DNA from: Candidatus Uhrbacteria bacterium
GTDB lineage: Bacteria; Patescibacteriota; Patescibacteriia; GWA2-47-26
Direction: 5' to 3'
DNA length: 64,000 nucleotides
Assembly (NCBI GenBank): GCA_016187515.1
Contig: JACPJN010000007.1
Span: 228,778 to 292,777 of the forward strand
Part shown: positions 10,340 to 19,823 of the stretch, piece by piece
Numbering within the stretch: the stretch's first letter is position 1
Layout: each line of letters begins with the position of its first letter
Translations under genes and position numbers: made by a program
Notes under the pieces: generated by a model
What the model was told of the DNA's origin: nothing
The model's input: the letters and a program-made list of their open reading frames with translations, nothing else
The model's database searches: none

Positions 10340-10980
10340 GGCCGCATTTGTAAAATTTTCCTGGCCGGTATACCAACATAGGTACCCGGCTCCAGACAAT
10401 CTTTGGTTACTGCCGCGCCGGCGCCGACAGTACAATGGTCGCCAATAGTTTTATATTGCACCACTGTTGCGCCTACACCTATAAGAGAATGCGAGCCGAC
10501 TTTAACGCCGCCTGAAAAAGTTACCCCCGGCGCAATATGGGTAAAATCTCCGATCACGCAATCATGATCAATGGAAGCACGGGTGTTAATAATCGCGTAA
10601 CGCCCAATGCGCGTACCGGAATTGATGACCACCCCATCCATAACTACGGTACCCTCACCAATTTGTACATCTTCATTCACGACCGCAGTCGGCGATACAA
10701 TCGCCGGCATGGTAAACCCCAACCCGCGCAGTTTCTCAACCAGCCGCTCGCGTAAATCATCTTTGCCTAAATATCCCAGGCCGAGCACTGCCGCACACTC
10801 ACCATGCCGCGCTTTAATATCATGAAGAACATCATCAGTTCCAATATATGGCAAGTAAAGTAGTGGCCCTTGATTCTCGCGGTCGGTATAGCCAAGAATT
10901 TCAAAGGTGTTGAGTTTTTTCAGGATGCTGGTTACAACTTTCGCATGACCGCCACCGCCAATGACGACAATTTTCTGCAT
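10336..10980 (-). CDS. NeuD/PglD-type hexapeptide sugar acetyltransferase
   Basis: IGGGGHAKV, IDHDC and hexapeptide repeats. Confidence 0.92.
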   Translation of the reverse strand: MQKIVVIGGGGHAKVVTSILKKLNTFEILGYTDRENQGPLLYLPYIGTDDVLHDIKARHGECAAVLGLGYLGKDDLRERLVEKLRGLGFTMPAIVSPTAVVNEDVQIGEGTVVMDGVVINSGTRIGRYAIINTRASIDHDCVIGDFTHIAPGVTFSGGVKVGSHSLIGVGATVVQYKTIGDHCTVGAGAAVTKDCLEPGTYVGIPARKILQMRP

Positions 10981-10987
10981 ACAATGG

Positions 10988-12136
10988 TTATGAAAAATAA
11001 TTCTTAATCGCGCCTGCCACTGTTTCAATCTGATCATTCGTGATATTCACACTGCAGGGAATATTCAGACATGTCTGCCAGGCATGCAGTGCGTGTGGTG
11101 TGGACTCACCGTAAACATTGCCGCCCTTATACATCGGCAATTCGTGAATTAGATTCCAAATCGGCCGCGCTTGAATCCCTTGGTCGATAAGATATTGCAT
11201 AAGCGGCTCTTTCGCGTTCGGATCAACTTGAATGGTGGAAAGCCAATAGTTGCTCTTGGCCCAAGAGGCCTCCTGCAAAACCTTCAGCTTCCCGCCGATA
11301 CCGGCAAAAAGTTCGCGGTAGCGCGCAGCAATTTCGCGTTTGCGTGTAACATACTCCTCCAATTTTTCCAGTTGGGCCACTCCGAGCGCGGCCTGGATAT
11401 TGGTCAGCCGATAATTGTAGCCGATCTCGTCATGGTCGTAGCGTAGCGGATCTTTTTTTGCTTGCGTACTCAAATGCCGTACACGTGCGGCCCACTCACC
11501 GTTATTTGTTACCAACATGCCTCCGCCGCCAGTAGTAATAATTTTATTGCCGTTAAACGATAGGCATCCGATATTGCCAAGCGCGCCGGCCTTTTTTCCT
11601 TTATATTCCGATCCCAAACTCTCGGTCGCGTCTTCAATCACGCATACCTTATACTGCCGACAAACTTCCATAAGCGCGTCCATGTCCGCCGGGTGTCCCA
11701 AAGCATTAACCGGAATTACCGCGCCGACGCGCTGTCCGGTCTTTTTATAGTAGGCCATCCCATCACCGCGTCTCTCGCATTCACGGCTTAAAAACTGCGC
11801 GATTTGATTTACATCCAAACAAAGCGTTTCCGGATCACAATCAAAAAATACCGGATATGCTCCGACATAACGCACGGTATTAACCGGAGCGATAAAAGTC
11901 AGGGTCGGCACTAGCACGATATCATCCTTTTTGACACCCGCGATAATAAGCGACAGGTGAAGCGCGGCAGTGCCGTTTACCACGGCCACGCCGTGCGCGA
12001 CCCCGAGATACTTGGCCATCTCCTCTTCAAAGCGATTAACAAAACTACCGACCGAAGAAACCCAGCCGGTATCTAGACACTCTTTTATGTAGCGCCACTC
12101 ATTTCCGGCGAGCACTGGTTCAGCAAGCGGTATCAT
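10988..12136 (-). CDS. LegC family aminotransferase
   Basis: MIPLAEP..GNEWRYIKECLDTGWVSSVG and SFNGNKIITTGGGG. Confidence 0.9.
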   Translation of the reverse strand: MIPLAEPVLAGNEWRYIKECLDTGWVSSVGSFVNRFEEEMAKYLGVAHGVAVVNGTAALHLSLIIAGVKKDDIVLVPTLTFIAPVNTVRYVGAYPVFFDCDPETLCLDVNQIAQFLSRECERRGDGMAYYKKTGQRVGAVIPVNALGHPADMDALMEVCRQYKVCVIEDATESLGSEYKGKKAGALGNIGCLSFNGNKIITTGGGGMLVTNNGEWAARVRHLSTQAKKDPLRYDHDEIGYNYRLTNIQAALGVAQLEKLEEYVTRKREIAARYRELFAGIGGKLKVLQEASWAKSNYWLSTIQVDPNAKEPLMQYLIDQGIQARPIWNLIHELPMYKGGNVYGESTPHALHAWQTCLNIPCSVNITNDQIETVAGAIKNYFS

Positions 12137-12146
12137 ATCGTCAATC

Positions 12147-12173
12147 GTCATTCCCGCGGAAGCGGGAATCCAG
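12147..12173. repeat. GTCATTCCCGC..GCGGGAATCC palindrome (REP/dRS3-like)
   Basis: GTCATTCCCGCGGAAGCGGGAATCCAG, i.e. ATTCCC-N8-GGGAAT. Confidence 0.75.
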
Positions 12174-12187
12174 TCAATACTTAATGC

Positions 12188-13009
12188 TCAATAGGATCTC
12201 AAATCCAAAAGATAGTGATTGGTCTCATGGAGTTTAAACCCGACTTTTTGATACAAACTATTGGCCGCGACGCGTTTGGGATTGGTCGTCAGCTCTACCA
12301 TCTCCACCCCTTGCGCTTTGGCCCAGCGTAAAAGATCATGGAGAATCTTTTCGCCTAGTCCTTTGCCGCGCTGTGCCGGATCAACAATCATATCCTCAAC
12401 TACGGCCTGCCGGCGGAGCATCGTTTGCCGCGGAAAAATCCAACCCATACCCATCAACTTATCGCCTTCGTAGACCATACTCACATACCCGTCCAGCATG
12501 GCTTTATAAAGCGACTGCTCGTCAACAACCGCAGTCGGATCGAGTTGAGCGACTAACTCGCGTACGCGGACGACATCATAATTAAAATGTTTTTTAAGAT
12601 AAGTCAGAATGTCCTGATTAGAATCAAACGCGATCGTGTTAAGTTCTTTAAGCGGGACCCAAGCCAGCTCGGAGTTTTCATGATTAAGCCGCGGCTCGCC
12701 CTGCAGTTCTGCCAGATAGGCAAAACTCAAAACTGGATATTTATGATCCTTATAAGAAGCCGTACCCGGAAACGCGCCAATAAGCGTCTCCGAGCGCACC
12801 CCGACACCCAACTCTTCCTTCAGCTCGCGGCGAAGCGCCTGCTCTGGAGTTTCTCCTTTATGCAAATACCCGCCTAAAAAATCCCACTGATCCTTAAAGG
12901 GCTCTTCGTTGCGTTTGGCCACGAGAATTTTACCGTCGCGTATTACAATGGCCGTGGCTGTCGGTTTTGGGTTTTCAAACGCGCAAAGTTCGCATGTGGT
13001 ATTGTCCAT
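12188..13009 (-). CDS. NUDIX hydrolase-GNAT acetyltransferase fusion
   Basis: Nudix box GGYLHKGETPEQALRRELKEELG; GNAT motifs VDPAQRGKGLG and ANSLYQKVGF. Confidence 0.85.
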   Translation of the reverse strand: MDNTTCELCAFENPKPTATAIVIRDGKILVAKRNEEPFKDQWDFLGGYLHKGETPEQALRRELKEELGVGVRSETLIGAFPGTASYKDHKYPVLSFAYLAELQGEPRLNHENSELAWVPLKELNTIAFDSNQDILTYLKKHFNYDVVRVRELVAQLDPTAVVDEQSLYKAMLDGYVSMVYEGDKLMGMGWIFPRQTMLRRQAVVEDMIVDPAQRGKGLGEKILHDLLRWAKAQGVEMVELTTNPKRVAANSLYQKVGFKLHETNHYLLDLRSY

Positions 13010-13011
13010 AT

Positions 13012-14337
13012 CTACAAACACTTATAGATAATGCTGTGCTTCAGCGTGTCGGACGCTTGCACAACAGGTAAAAACCAACTCTTCACATCCATAAGCACTC
13101 CTTTACCGTTGCCATTTCCATTATAGTATTGGATGAGATTTTCAAGTTTCATGTCCTTAAACTGTCGGTGCAATGTTGCAAGAATAATGCCGTCCACTTT
13201 TCCAATCTTTTCAAGATCAGCCACATATTCCACGCCGAACTTTTCTACCTCTTCTTGGTAAAGATTTGGATCATACGCCAAGGGTCGAACACCATATGAT
13301 TTTAGTTTCTTGATTGTATCTCCGATCTTTGAATTACGTGTATCACGAATGTCTTCTTTAAATGTAAGGCCCATGACCAAGACACGCGCGCCTTGCACAA
13401 CTTTACCGGCTTCCACCAGTCCTCGTATAGTGAGATCTGCCACATACTCCGGCATCCAGTCATTAATGCGCCGGCCAGCCAGAATTACTTCCGGATTATA
13501 GCCAAGCTCTTGCGCTTTGTGGGTCAGATAATACGGATCGACTGAAATGCAATGTCCCCCAACGAGCCCTGGCTGATATTTATGAAAATTCCATTTCGTG
13601 CCCGCTGCTTCAATGACATCACGAGTATTGATTCCAAGGCGGTGAAAAATGATCGAGAGTTCGTTCACCAGCGCGATATTCAAATCGCGTTGGGTATTTT
13701 CAATGACTTTTTCAGCTTCCGCCGTCTTGATATTGGGTGTTTTATGCACACCACCTTTGCAAATCTCGCCATACACCGCAGCAACCAATTCAAGCGTCTC
13801 GGTATCCATTCCGGACACCACCTTAACCGTGGTTTCAATCGTATGTTCTTTATCACCAGGATTCGTGCGTTCTGGAGAATATCCCACTTTAAAATCCGCT
13901 CCGCACTTCAACTCAGAATGTTTCTCAATGAGTGACGCGCAAACCTCTTCCGTAACTCCCGGATACACGGTGGACTCATAAACCACCACTGTTCCGGGCT
14001 TCAGATATTTTCCAATGGTTTCCGAGGCCTCAATTACGGGCGACAAATCCGGGGTTTTGGCCTGCGTAATCGGAGTCGGCACCGTAACAATGATAAAATT
14101 CGCGCGCGAAAGCACGCTCGGGTCAGGCGTATACTCCACCTTTGCTGCGGCCATTTCTTCATCGGTAATTTCACCGTTCGGATCATGGCCGGCTTTAAGC
14201 GAGTCAATCCGCGCTTGACTCTTATTCAATCCGATCACCGGCGCAAATCGGCTTTTCCCAAACGCCACCGCCAAAGGCAGTCCCACATAGCCCAACCCCA
14301 CCACTGCAATTTTTATATCTTCAAGTTTTGGTAACAT
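13012..14337 (-). CDS. UDP-N-acetylhexosamine 6-dehydrogenase (WbpA/TviB type)
   Basis: GLGYVGLP, YSPER.NPGD, ENTQRDLNIA and GGHCISVDP. Confidence 0.92.
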   Translation of the reverse strand: MLPKLEDIKIAVVGLGYVGLPLAVAFGKSRFAPVIGLNKSQARIDSLKAGHDPNGEITDEEMAAAKVEYTPDPSVLSRANFIIVTVPTPITQAKTPDLSPVIEASETIGKYLKPGTVVVYESTVYPGVTEEVCASLIEKHSELKCGADFKVGYSPERTNPGDKEHTIETTVKVVSGMDTETLELVAAVYGEICKGGVHKTPNIKTAEAEKVIENTQRDLNIALVNELSIIFHRLGINTRDVIEAAGTKWNFHKYQPGLVGGHCISVDPYYLTHKAQELGYNPEVILAGRRINDWMPEYVADLTIRGLVEAGKVVQGARVLVMGLTFKEDIRDTRNSKIGDTIKKLKSYGVRPLAYDPNLYQEEVEKFGVEYVADLEKIGKVDGIILATLHRQFKDMKLENLIQYYNGNGNGKGVLMDVKSWFLPVVQASDTLKHSIIYKCL

Positions 14338-14345
14338 AGATGAGT

Positions 14346-14446
14346 GTAATTGACCTAATTAACCTAAGTGCTCTAATTGACCTAAACAATAACCAATATT
14401 GGGATTTGGGACTTGTTTAGAATAATTAGGTTAATTAGAGTAATTA
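14346..14446. repeat. CTAATT 9-mer tandem hairpin element, copy 1
   Basis: CTAATTGAC-like units followed by inverted AATTAG units; related to 26677-26802 and 50164-50283. Confidence 0.75.
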
Positions 14447-14453
14447 AAAATTC

Positions 14454-15917
14454 TCAAGTACCTTCCTCCCATGAACTCAAATACTTTCTTTGCTCCTCGG
14501 TTAATTCATCTTTGCGCACCTCCATTGCCTCAAGCTGCAACGCGGCAATGTCGTCATCTACTCTGGATGGTAACACATAGACCTTTGGCTCGAGTTTCCC
14601 CAGGTTCTCCACAAGATACGCACAAGCCAAAGCTTGCCCGCAAAATGAAAGCGACATCACCTCTGAAGGATGACCTTCTGCCGCGGCCAAATTCACCAGC
14701 CGCCCTTCGCCGGCGACATACAACACGCGGTCATCCGTCATCGGTTCACGGTTCACGGTTTGTGTTGATTTACTGTGAACTGTCGACTGTGAACTGTCGA
14801 CTGGCAAAGTATATTCATCCAGCATCGTCCGCACCGTCCGCACACCCTTTGCCATCTCCCGCAGTCCTTTCAAATCAATCTCCGCGTCAAAATGTCCGGA
14901 ATTGGCCAGAATCGCGCCGGATTTCATTTTAGAAAAATGCTCTGGACGCAAAACATGTTTGTCACCCGTAACCGTAATAAAAATATCGCCAAGCGTGGCG
15001 GCTTCCGCAAGCGGCATCACCCGAAATCCATCCATCACGGCTTGTAGTGCGCGAAACGCGTCAACTTCACACACAATCACATTTGATCCCATGCCGCGCG
15101 CGCGCAAAGCCACGCCTTTGCCGCAGGAACCGTAACCACACACGACCACGGTTTTGCCCGCCCACAAAATATTGGTCGCCCGCGTAATCCCATCCAGCGT
15201 GGATTGCCCGGTGCCATAGTAATTGTCCATCAGATGTTTGGTCTTATTGTCATTCACTGCTACAACCGGGTATTTAAGCGCGCCGTCGCGCTCCATCGCC
15301 CGCAAGCGGATAAGGCCTGTTGTGGTTTCCTCGGTCCCGCCAATTAAATTCGCAATAAACTCCGGGTGTTTTTTGTGAATTTCACCAACTAAATCCCCGC
15401 CATCGTCAATGGTGATCAAATTTCTCCCACCCCTCCTAGCCTCCCCTCGGGTCCCGGCTGCGGCCGAGGATCCTCGATTCTCGAGAATCGGGACAGGGGA
15501 GGAAATTGATTGTTCTCCCCCTCTTAGAGGGGGAGATTCAGAGGGGGTCCGAACCTCTACTTTCATGAACTCAATCACCCGATTTAGAAAATCGTAGTAT
15601 TCCTCATTACTCTCGCCCTTATGTGCAAATACGGCCACGCCTTCCTCCGCGAGCGCCGCCGCCACATCATCTTGAGTGGATAATGGATTACATCCGGTAA
15701 TCGCAACCTCGGCCCCGCCAGAGCGAAGCGTGCGCACCAGCACTGCGGTTTCTTTGGTCACATGCAAGGCCATACCGACAGTCACACCCGCCAATGGTTT
15801 TTCGCGCGCAAACCGCTTTCGCACTTCCAAAAGCGCGCCCATTCTACGTTCGGCTAATTCAATCTGCAGCCGCCCTTGCGGCGCAAGCGAAATGTCTTTT
15901 ACCTTGTATTGTTCCAT
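14454..15917 (-). CDS. ahcY: Adenosylhomocysteinase with two in-frame repeat insertions
   Basis: GCNPLSTQDDVAAAL, DDGGD, EETTTG, GYGSCGKG and GRLVNL..AEGHP. Confidence 0.95.
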   Translation of the reverse strand: MEQYKVKDISLAPQGRLQIELAERRMGALLEVRKRFAREKPLAGVTVGMALHVTKETAVLVRTLRSGGAEVAITGCNPLSTQDDVAAALAEEGVAVFAHKGESNEEYYDFLNRVIEFMKVEVRTPSESPPLRGGEQSISSPVPILENRGSSAAAGTRGEARRGGRNLITIDDGGDLVGEIHKKHPEFIANLIGGTEETTTGLIRLRAMERDGALKYPVVAVNDNKTKHLMDNYYGTGQSTLDGITRATNILWAGKTVVVCGYGSCGKGVALRARGMGSNVIVCEVDAFRALQAVMDGFRVMPLAEAATLGDIFITVTGDKHVLRPEHFSKMKSGAILANSGHFDAEIDLKGLREMAKGVRTVRTMLDEYTLPVDSSQSTVHSKSTQTVNREPMTDDRVLYVAGEGRLVNLAAAEGHPSEVMSLSFCGQALACAYLVENLGKLEPKVYVLPSRVDDDIAALQLEAMEVRKDELTEEQRKYLSSWEEGT

Positions 15918-15962
15918 AGTAAATAGTGAAGAAAATAATCCTAACAAATTATATGCCGAGCG

Positions 15963-16736
15963 TCAAAGTTTTTGAGCAATGAATTGCGGGAATTTCAACA
16001 CCCGTGCCCCTTGGTCCGGGCGAATCAACAACGGCTCAACTTCTTTGGCCAGCGCTTTAAAATCAAGTTTTCCGCAATAATCATACACTTGTTTAATCAA
16101 TTTGGAAACTGTCAAACCCATGGCCGCTTTTACATAATCTTCACTGGGTTGTGTAATTCCATACAAAAAACTCACATCATAAAAATCGCGTCCTTTTGTC
16201 CGCTTACGCTGTAAAATCGTGATTAATTTCTGCGCTAGCAAAATATCTTCCGGATTTACTAGCAGATCATAAAACAGATCAAATTTGTTGATGGTATGCG
16301 CACGCGGCGTAAACACTTTCTTTTGCGCCATACTCTCCATTTTAATAAGAATCTTTTCGCTCGCGTGATCACTTATTTTATGCTCATGCAGTAGATGGGG
16401 AAATTTGATGTAGCAATGATACGCGCCTTTTTCTAAAAATCTAAATTCAACCGTAAGGCCCTTACGTCTCATGTCGTCTATTACCTGGTTAAGCATGGCT
16501 TGAAATGCCGAAAAAGAAAGTCCAAAATTATCAAAATCAAGATCTTCGGAAAAGCGATTTCCTTGATAACATATCCGAATTGAGGTTCCGCCCATAAAAC
16601 TTAATTGCTCACTGCCTTTCTGTTTATACAGCGAATCCAGCAGTTCATATTGGAGATATTCAACCAGGACGCGGCGAGGCGAAATAAACTCTTCGTTTTT
16701 TGTATAGTGATCTTTTAACTGCGTGAAGGTGAACAT
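15963..16736 (-). CDS. AbiEii family nucleotidyltransferase toxin
   Basis: FMGGTSIRI, RFSEDLDF and KGRDFYD. Confidence 0.9.
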   Translation of the reverse strand: MFTFTQLKDHYTKNEEFISPRRVLVEYLQYELLDSLYKQKGSEQLSFMGGTSIRICYQGNRFSEDLDFDNFGLSFSAFQAMLNQVIDDMRRKGLTVEFRFLEKGAYHCYIKFPHLLHEHKISDHASEKILIKMESMAQKKVFTPRAHTINKFDLFYDLLVNPEDILLAQKLITILQRKRTKGRDFYDVSFLYGITQPSEDYVKAAMGLTVSKLIKQVYDYCGKLDFKALAKEVEPLLIRPDQGARVLKFPQFIAQKL

Positions 16737-17335
16737 AGGGCAAGCAATTCGTTAACCAGCTGATCTAAACGCTTGGAGTGGAACTGCTTAACATATTTTT
16801 TAATCCGGGCGCGGTTTAAGGTGGTACTCATGGTTTCGTAATCAAACCGCATTCCCTCCAGGTCGTCGCGAGTCCGTATCGCGCGCGGGTTGAGATAAAA
16901 ATAATCCAGCAATGCTTTTTCAGGGTGCGCAAACAAATACTTACCATGCTTTGTCTCTATATCCCCATATCCCCAAAAAAGTTTGGGTACAATAGTACGG
17001 TAGCTAAACCTGCCAAATTGGTTCGCGATCGTCCGCGTTGGCCGCGTGGTTACCGAAGTGCACACTGCCACCATCTCTGGAATAAACCCATAGTGATGCA
17101 GCGCGTACTCTAAACTAATATAACTTGGTTCATACAGCAGAAACGCGACCTCCTCCGGTATCACCTCTTTCTTACGCGCGGTAAAGACAAAAATCCCGCG
17201 CTGAATTTTTTCAATATCACCCATGCCCTGCCAGCGCGAAAGTTGGTAATCCGGCACCTGGAGATTCCGAATACGCAATTCTGTCCTTGTAAAATAGGGC
17301 TTTTCTATGATTTTAGTAAATTCTCTATATTTCAT
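16715..17335 (-). CDS. AbiEi-type antitoxin/transcriptional regulator
   Basis: PSYISLEYAL..YGFIPE and PEKALLDYFY; upstream of AbiEii. Confidence 0.88.
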   Translation of the reverse strand: MKYREFTKIIEKPYFTRTELRIRNLQVPDYQLSRWQGMGDIEKIQRGIFVFTARKKEVIPEEVAFLLYEPSYISLEYALHHYGFIPEMVAVCTSVTTRPTRTIANQFGRFSYRTIVPKLFWGYGDIETKHGKYLFAHPEKALLDYFYLNPRAIRTRDDLEGMRFDYETMSTTLNRARIKKYVKQFHSKRLDQLVNELLALCSPSRS

Positions 17336-17389
17336 AAACTTAGCAAAAATGATAAGTTACTGAAATACTATAAAATTATCAAAGTCTTG

Positions 17390-17644
17390 TCAACTGTGGA
17401 TAAAAAAGCCGCCGTGGGGAATTAATCCCGTTGGCGGCAACGCGGCAGGTGCGTGCGACCTGTTATAGCTGTATGGCGGACTCACCCCGTCGGAGACCAC
17501 GAAAAACGGCGGGCGAATCAGTCGGGCATCCTCGCTCACCCGCGCTGACCCCAGATCAAAGAGCGATTCAATTCGCATTACGGCCTCCTTGACGATTGAA
17601 TAATCATCTGCTAACACCCTACCACTGCTCGCCTAAAATGTCAA
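17390..17644 (-). pseudogene. Probably decayed promoter-SD-ORF-terminator cassette
   Basis: TTGACA at 17639-17644, AAGGAGG before ATG 17578; the ORF reads through a GCCGCC..GGCGGC-T6 terminator. Confidence 0.4.
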
Positions 17645-17675
17645 TGCATTGCACTCCCTACTCGACCTCTCCTCA

Positions 17676-18512
17676 CTACCAAATCAGTAACCCTATCCCC
17701 AATGCCAAAACGACAAAAGTCCCTAATTTAATGAGGAGATTTTTCTCATGAAAATATAAATTTCCGGAAAGTACGGACCAAAGTATTGCGGAAGCGCGTT
17801 TTACCGCGGTGATAATGGAAGCCGGAGCAAACACAAATGCAAAACTTTCGAGCGCCACCGCCACGCCCATACCCAGCGATTGCGCGATAAAAATCGGCTG
17901 ACGAAAAAAGCGGAACGGATTTTCATGGGCGCGATAATAGGCGTTTACGAAAAAATATGCCATCAGCACGAGCATAATTATCAACTGCTCAGCGACAACC
18001 GAGTTAAAATGAGTAATGTTGTACTTGTAAAGTGAGATGGTCGCCACGGCATTGACCGCGGTAAACAGCACATACCCGCGGCCTTCCCGCTCAATACCGT
18101 GATTAGCAAACAAAAATAGCAGCGTAATTACAATCAATCCAAGACCGGCGATTTGCGATAAAGACAGCGCATAGCCAAGAAAGACATCCACAACCAAAAG
18201 CAGGGGGATGGTCAGTGAGCGGATAAAACTAAAGGTACTGCGTGCGGCCAGCGCCGCGGCTTTAACCGTCAGATGCGCCTGCGCTACTTCAAGAACCAGC
18301 CGTGGAATAAAAGTAGCGAGCGAAGCGGCGACAAATCGAAAACTGCCCGGCACCAATAACGCGACAGCGAAAAAAGCCAGCACGACCCAGAAAAGATCCA
18401 GAAAGCCCCAGGTAAAAATGCTTTCCTGCCGCTCCGTAACTTTTTTCTTGCCAATCAGCTTGGAACATTCATCAAACAAAGTTCCCAAAGAAGCCAGTAA
18501 AATACCGATCAT
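17676..18512 (-). CDS. EamA/DMT-like membrane transporter
   Basis: About ten hydrophobic segments; ASIITAVKR and YFHEK C-terminal pattern. Confidence 0.7.
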   Translation of the reverse strand: MIGILLASLGTLFDECSKLIGKKKVTERQESIFTWGFLDLFWVVLAFFAVALLVPGSFRFVAASLATFIPRLVLEVAQAHLTVKAAALAARSTFSFIRSLTIPLLLVVDVFLGYALSLSQIAGLGLIVITLLFLFANHGIEREGRGYVLFTAVNAVATISLYKYNITHFNSVVAEQLIIMLVLMAYFFVNAYYRAHENPFRFFRQPIFIAQSLGMGVAVALESFAFVFAPASIITAVKRASAILWSVLSGNLYFHEKNLLIKLGTFVVLALGIGLLIW

Positions 18513-19804
18513 AATTTTGAAATTAACCGCGTAAGATCCGCTGCGTAGGCCGGCGCGCCGGTGGCTCCGGGAGAGTTATAATTGAGGATGTGGAGCGAGC
18601 GCGGAGTTTGCGCTTCTACAACTTCCGGCACAAATCTGCCGTTGCGATCGATAAGCGAGGCGCGCACGCCGGCAGTGCCGCGCGCCACACAATCCGCCAC
18701 GCGAAGATCGGGCAAGAATTTCTGCACCCGCGCGACCATTGCGTCCTTTGATAAGGCGCTGCGCCACTCCTTACCGCACAAACGTAAAAATTCCGGATTG
18801 CGGAGTAATCGCAATTTGTTGGCCAGTGGTTTTTCAGTGAGCTTGCCAAGCACATTACCCACTCCGCGATAGGCATACGACCCAAACACCGGCACCGCGG
18901 ACGGACCAATTTCCACGCGCCCGTCCACGCGCACCACATAGTGCGGGTCAAGAAACGGAAAATCTGTGTGCCGTGGCACAGAGTACACATTACGCAATGC
19001 CAATCGTGCGCTCTCTCCTTCCACAATCAAATACTCCCCGCGAAAATTCAGATCCGCAAACTCTCGCGCCACTCCCATCAGGTGGGCGATCTTCAGCGCG
19101 GCTCCTCCGGCGCAATTCACCATATAGTGCGCTCGTAACCCCTCCTCGCCTCCCCTTACCCTAAGGGGAGGAACCTCGGCAAAATTCCCCCTCTTAAGGT
19201 AAGAGGGGGTAGGGGGAGTTATGAGTCGTTGATATAAAATATCCACTCCGTCCTTCTTCTCTACGATCTTTTTCACCTCACACCCAAACAAAAATTTCAC
19301 TCCTCTTTCTTCGGCATCATCCCGCAACGCTCGTGTGAATGCACCAAAATCTACGGCCGTATCTGTTGTGCAAAGTAAAGCACCTGCACACCAAGCGCTG
19401 GGTTCAATCTCGCGCACTTCTTCCGCACTCAAAAGCCGCACCTCGCTATCTCCCATCCCATTTTGAAGAGACCAAGCTTTATACTTCTTCAGCCGCGCGA
19501 GCTGCGCCTCATCAAGCGCCACCTCCAGCGTTCCCACCTCGCGCCAGGGCAAACCCTTGCGCGCCGCATACTCTTTCCAAAACTCGTACGACTCTTGCGC
19601 GCAGCGCGCAAACTTCCCCTTGCTGATCGGATCAAGATAAAACGGGCGGTGAATCACGCCCGTGTTTCTACTGCTGGTATGCCGCGCGACACCCTCTTCT
19701 TTTTCCACGACCACAATTCTCTCGCCTGGAATATGTTTGGACAACTGATAGGCAAGCGCTGTCCCCAAAATCCCCCCGCCAACAATAACAATATCATACT
19801 CCAT
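18509..19804 (-). CDS. FAD-dependent oxidoreductase, L-2-hydroxyglutarate oxidase-like, with in-frame palindrome
   Basis: IVGGGILG, HTSSRNTGVIH, FRGEY and NSPGAT. Confidence 0.88.
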   Translation of the reverse strand: MEYDIVIVGGGILGTALAYQLSKHIPGERIVVVEKEEGVARHTSSRNTGVIHRPFYLDPISKGKFARCAQESYEFWKEYAARKGLPWREVGTLEVALDEAQLARLKKYKAWSLQNGMGDSEVRLLSAEEVREIEPSAWCAGALLCTTDTAVDFGAFTRALRDDAEERGVKFLFGCEVKKIVEKKDGVDILYQRLITPPTPSYLKRGNFAEVPPLRVRGGEEGLRAHYMVNCAGGAALKIAHLMGVAREFADLNFRGEYLIVEGESARLALRNVYSVPRHTDFPFLDPHYVVRVDGRVEIGPSAVPVFGSYAYRGVGNVLGKLTEKPLANKLRLLRNPEFLRLCGKEWRSALSKDAMVARVQKFLPDLRVADCVARGTAGVRASLIDRNGRFVPEVVEAQTPRSLHILNYNSPGATGAPAYAADLTRLISKL

Positions 19805-19823
19805 ATAATCCGTGTTCTATCCG

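Noticed and set aside
12869-12884. CCCGCCTAAAAAA resembling the GIY-YIG arm
   Set aside because: It encodes conserved FLGG at the Nudix box and has no partner arm; probably chance.
15918-15962. SAH/SAM riboswitch before ahcY
   Set aside because: Only a 45-nt AT-rich gap with no motif.
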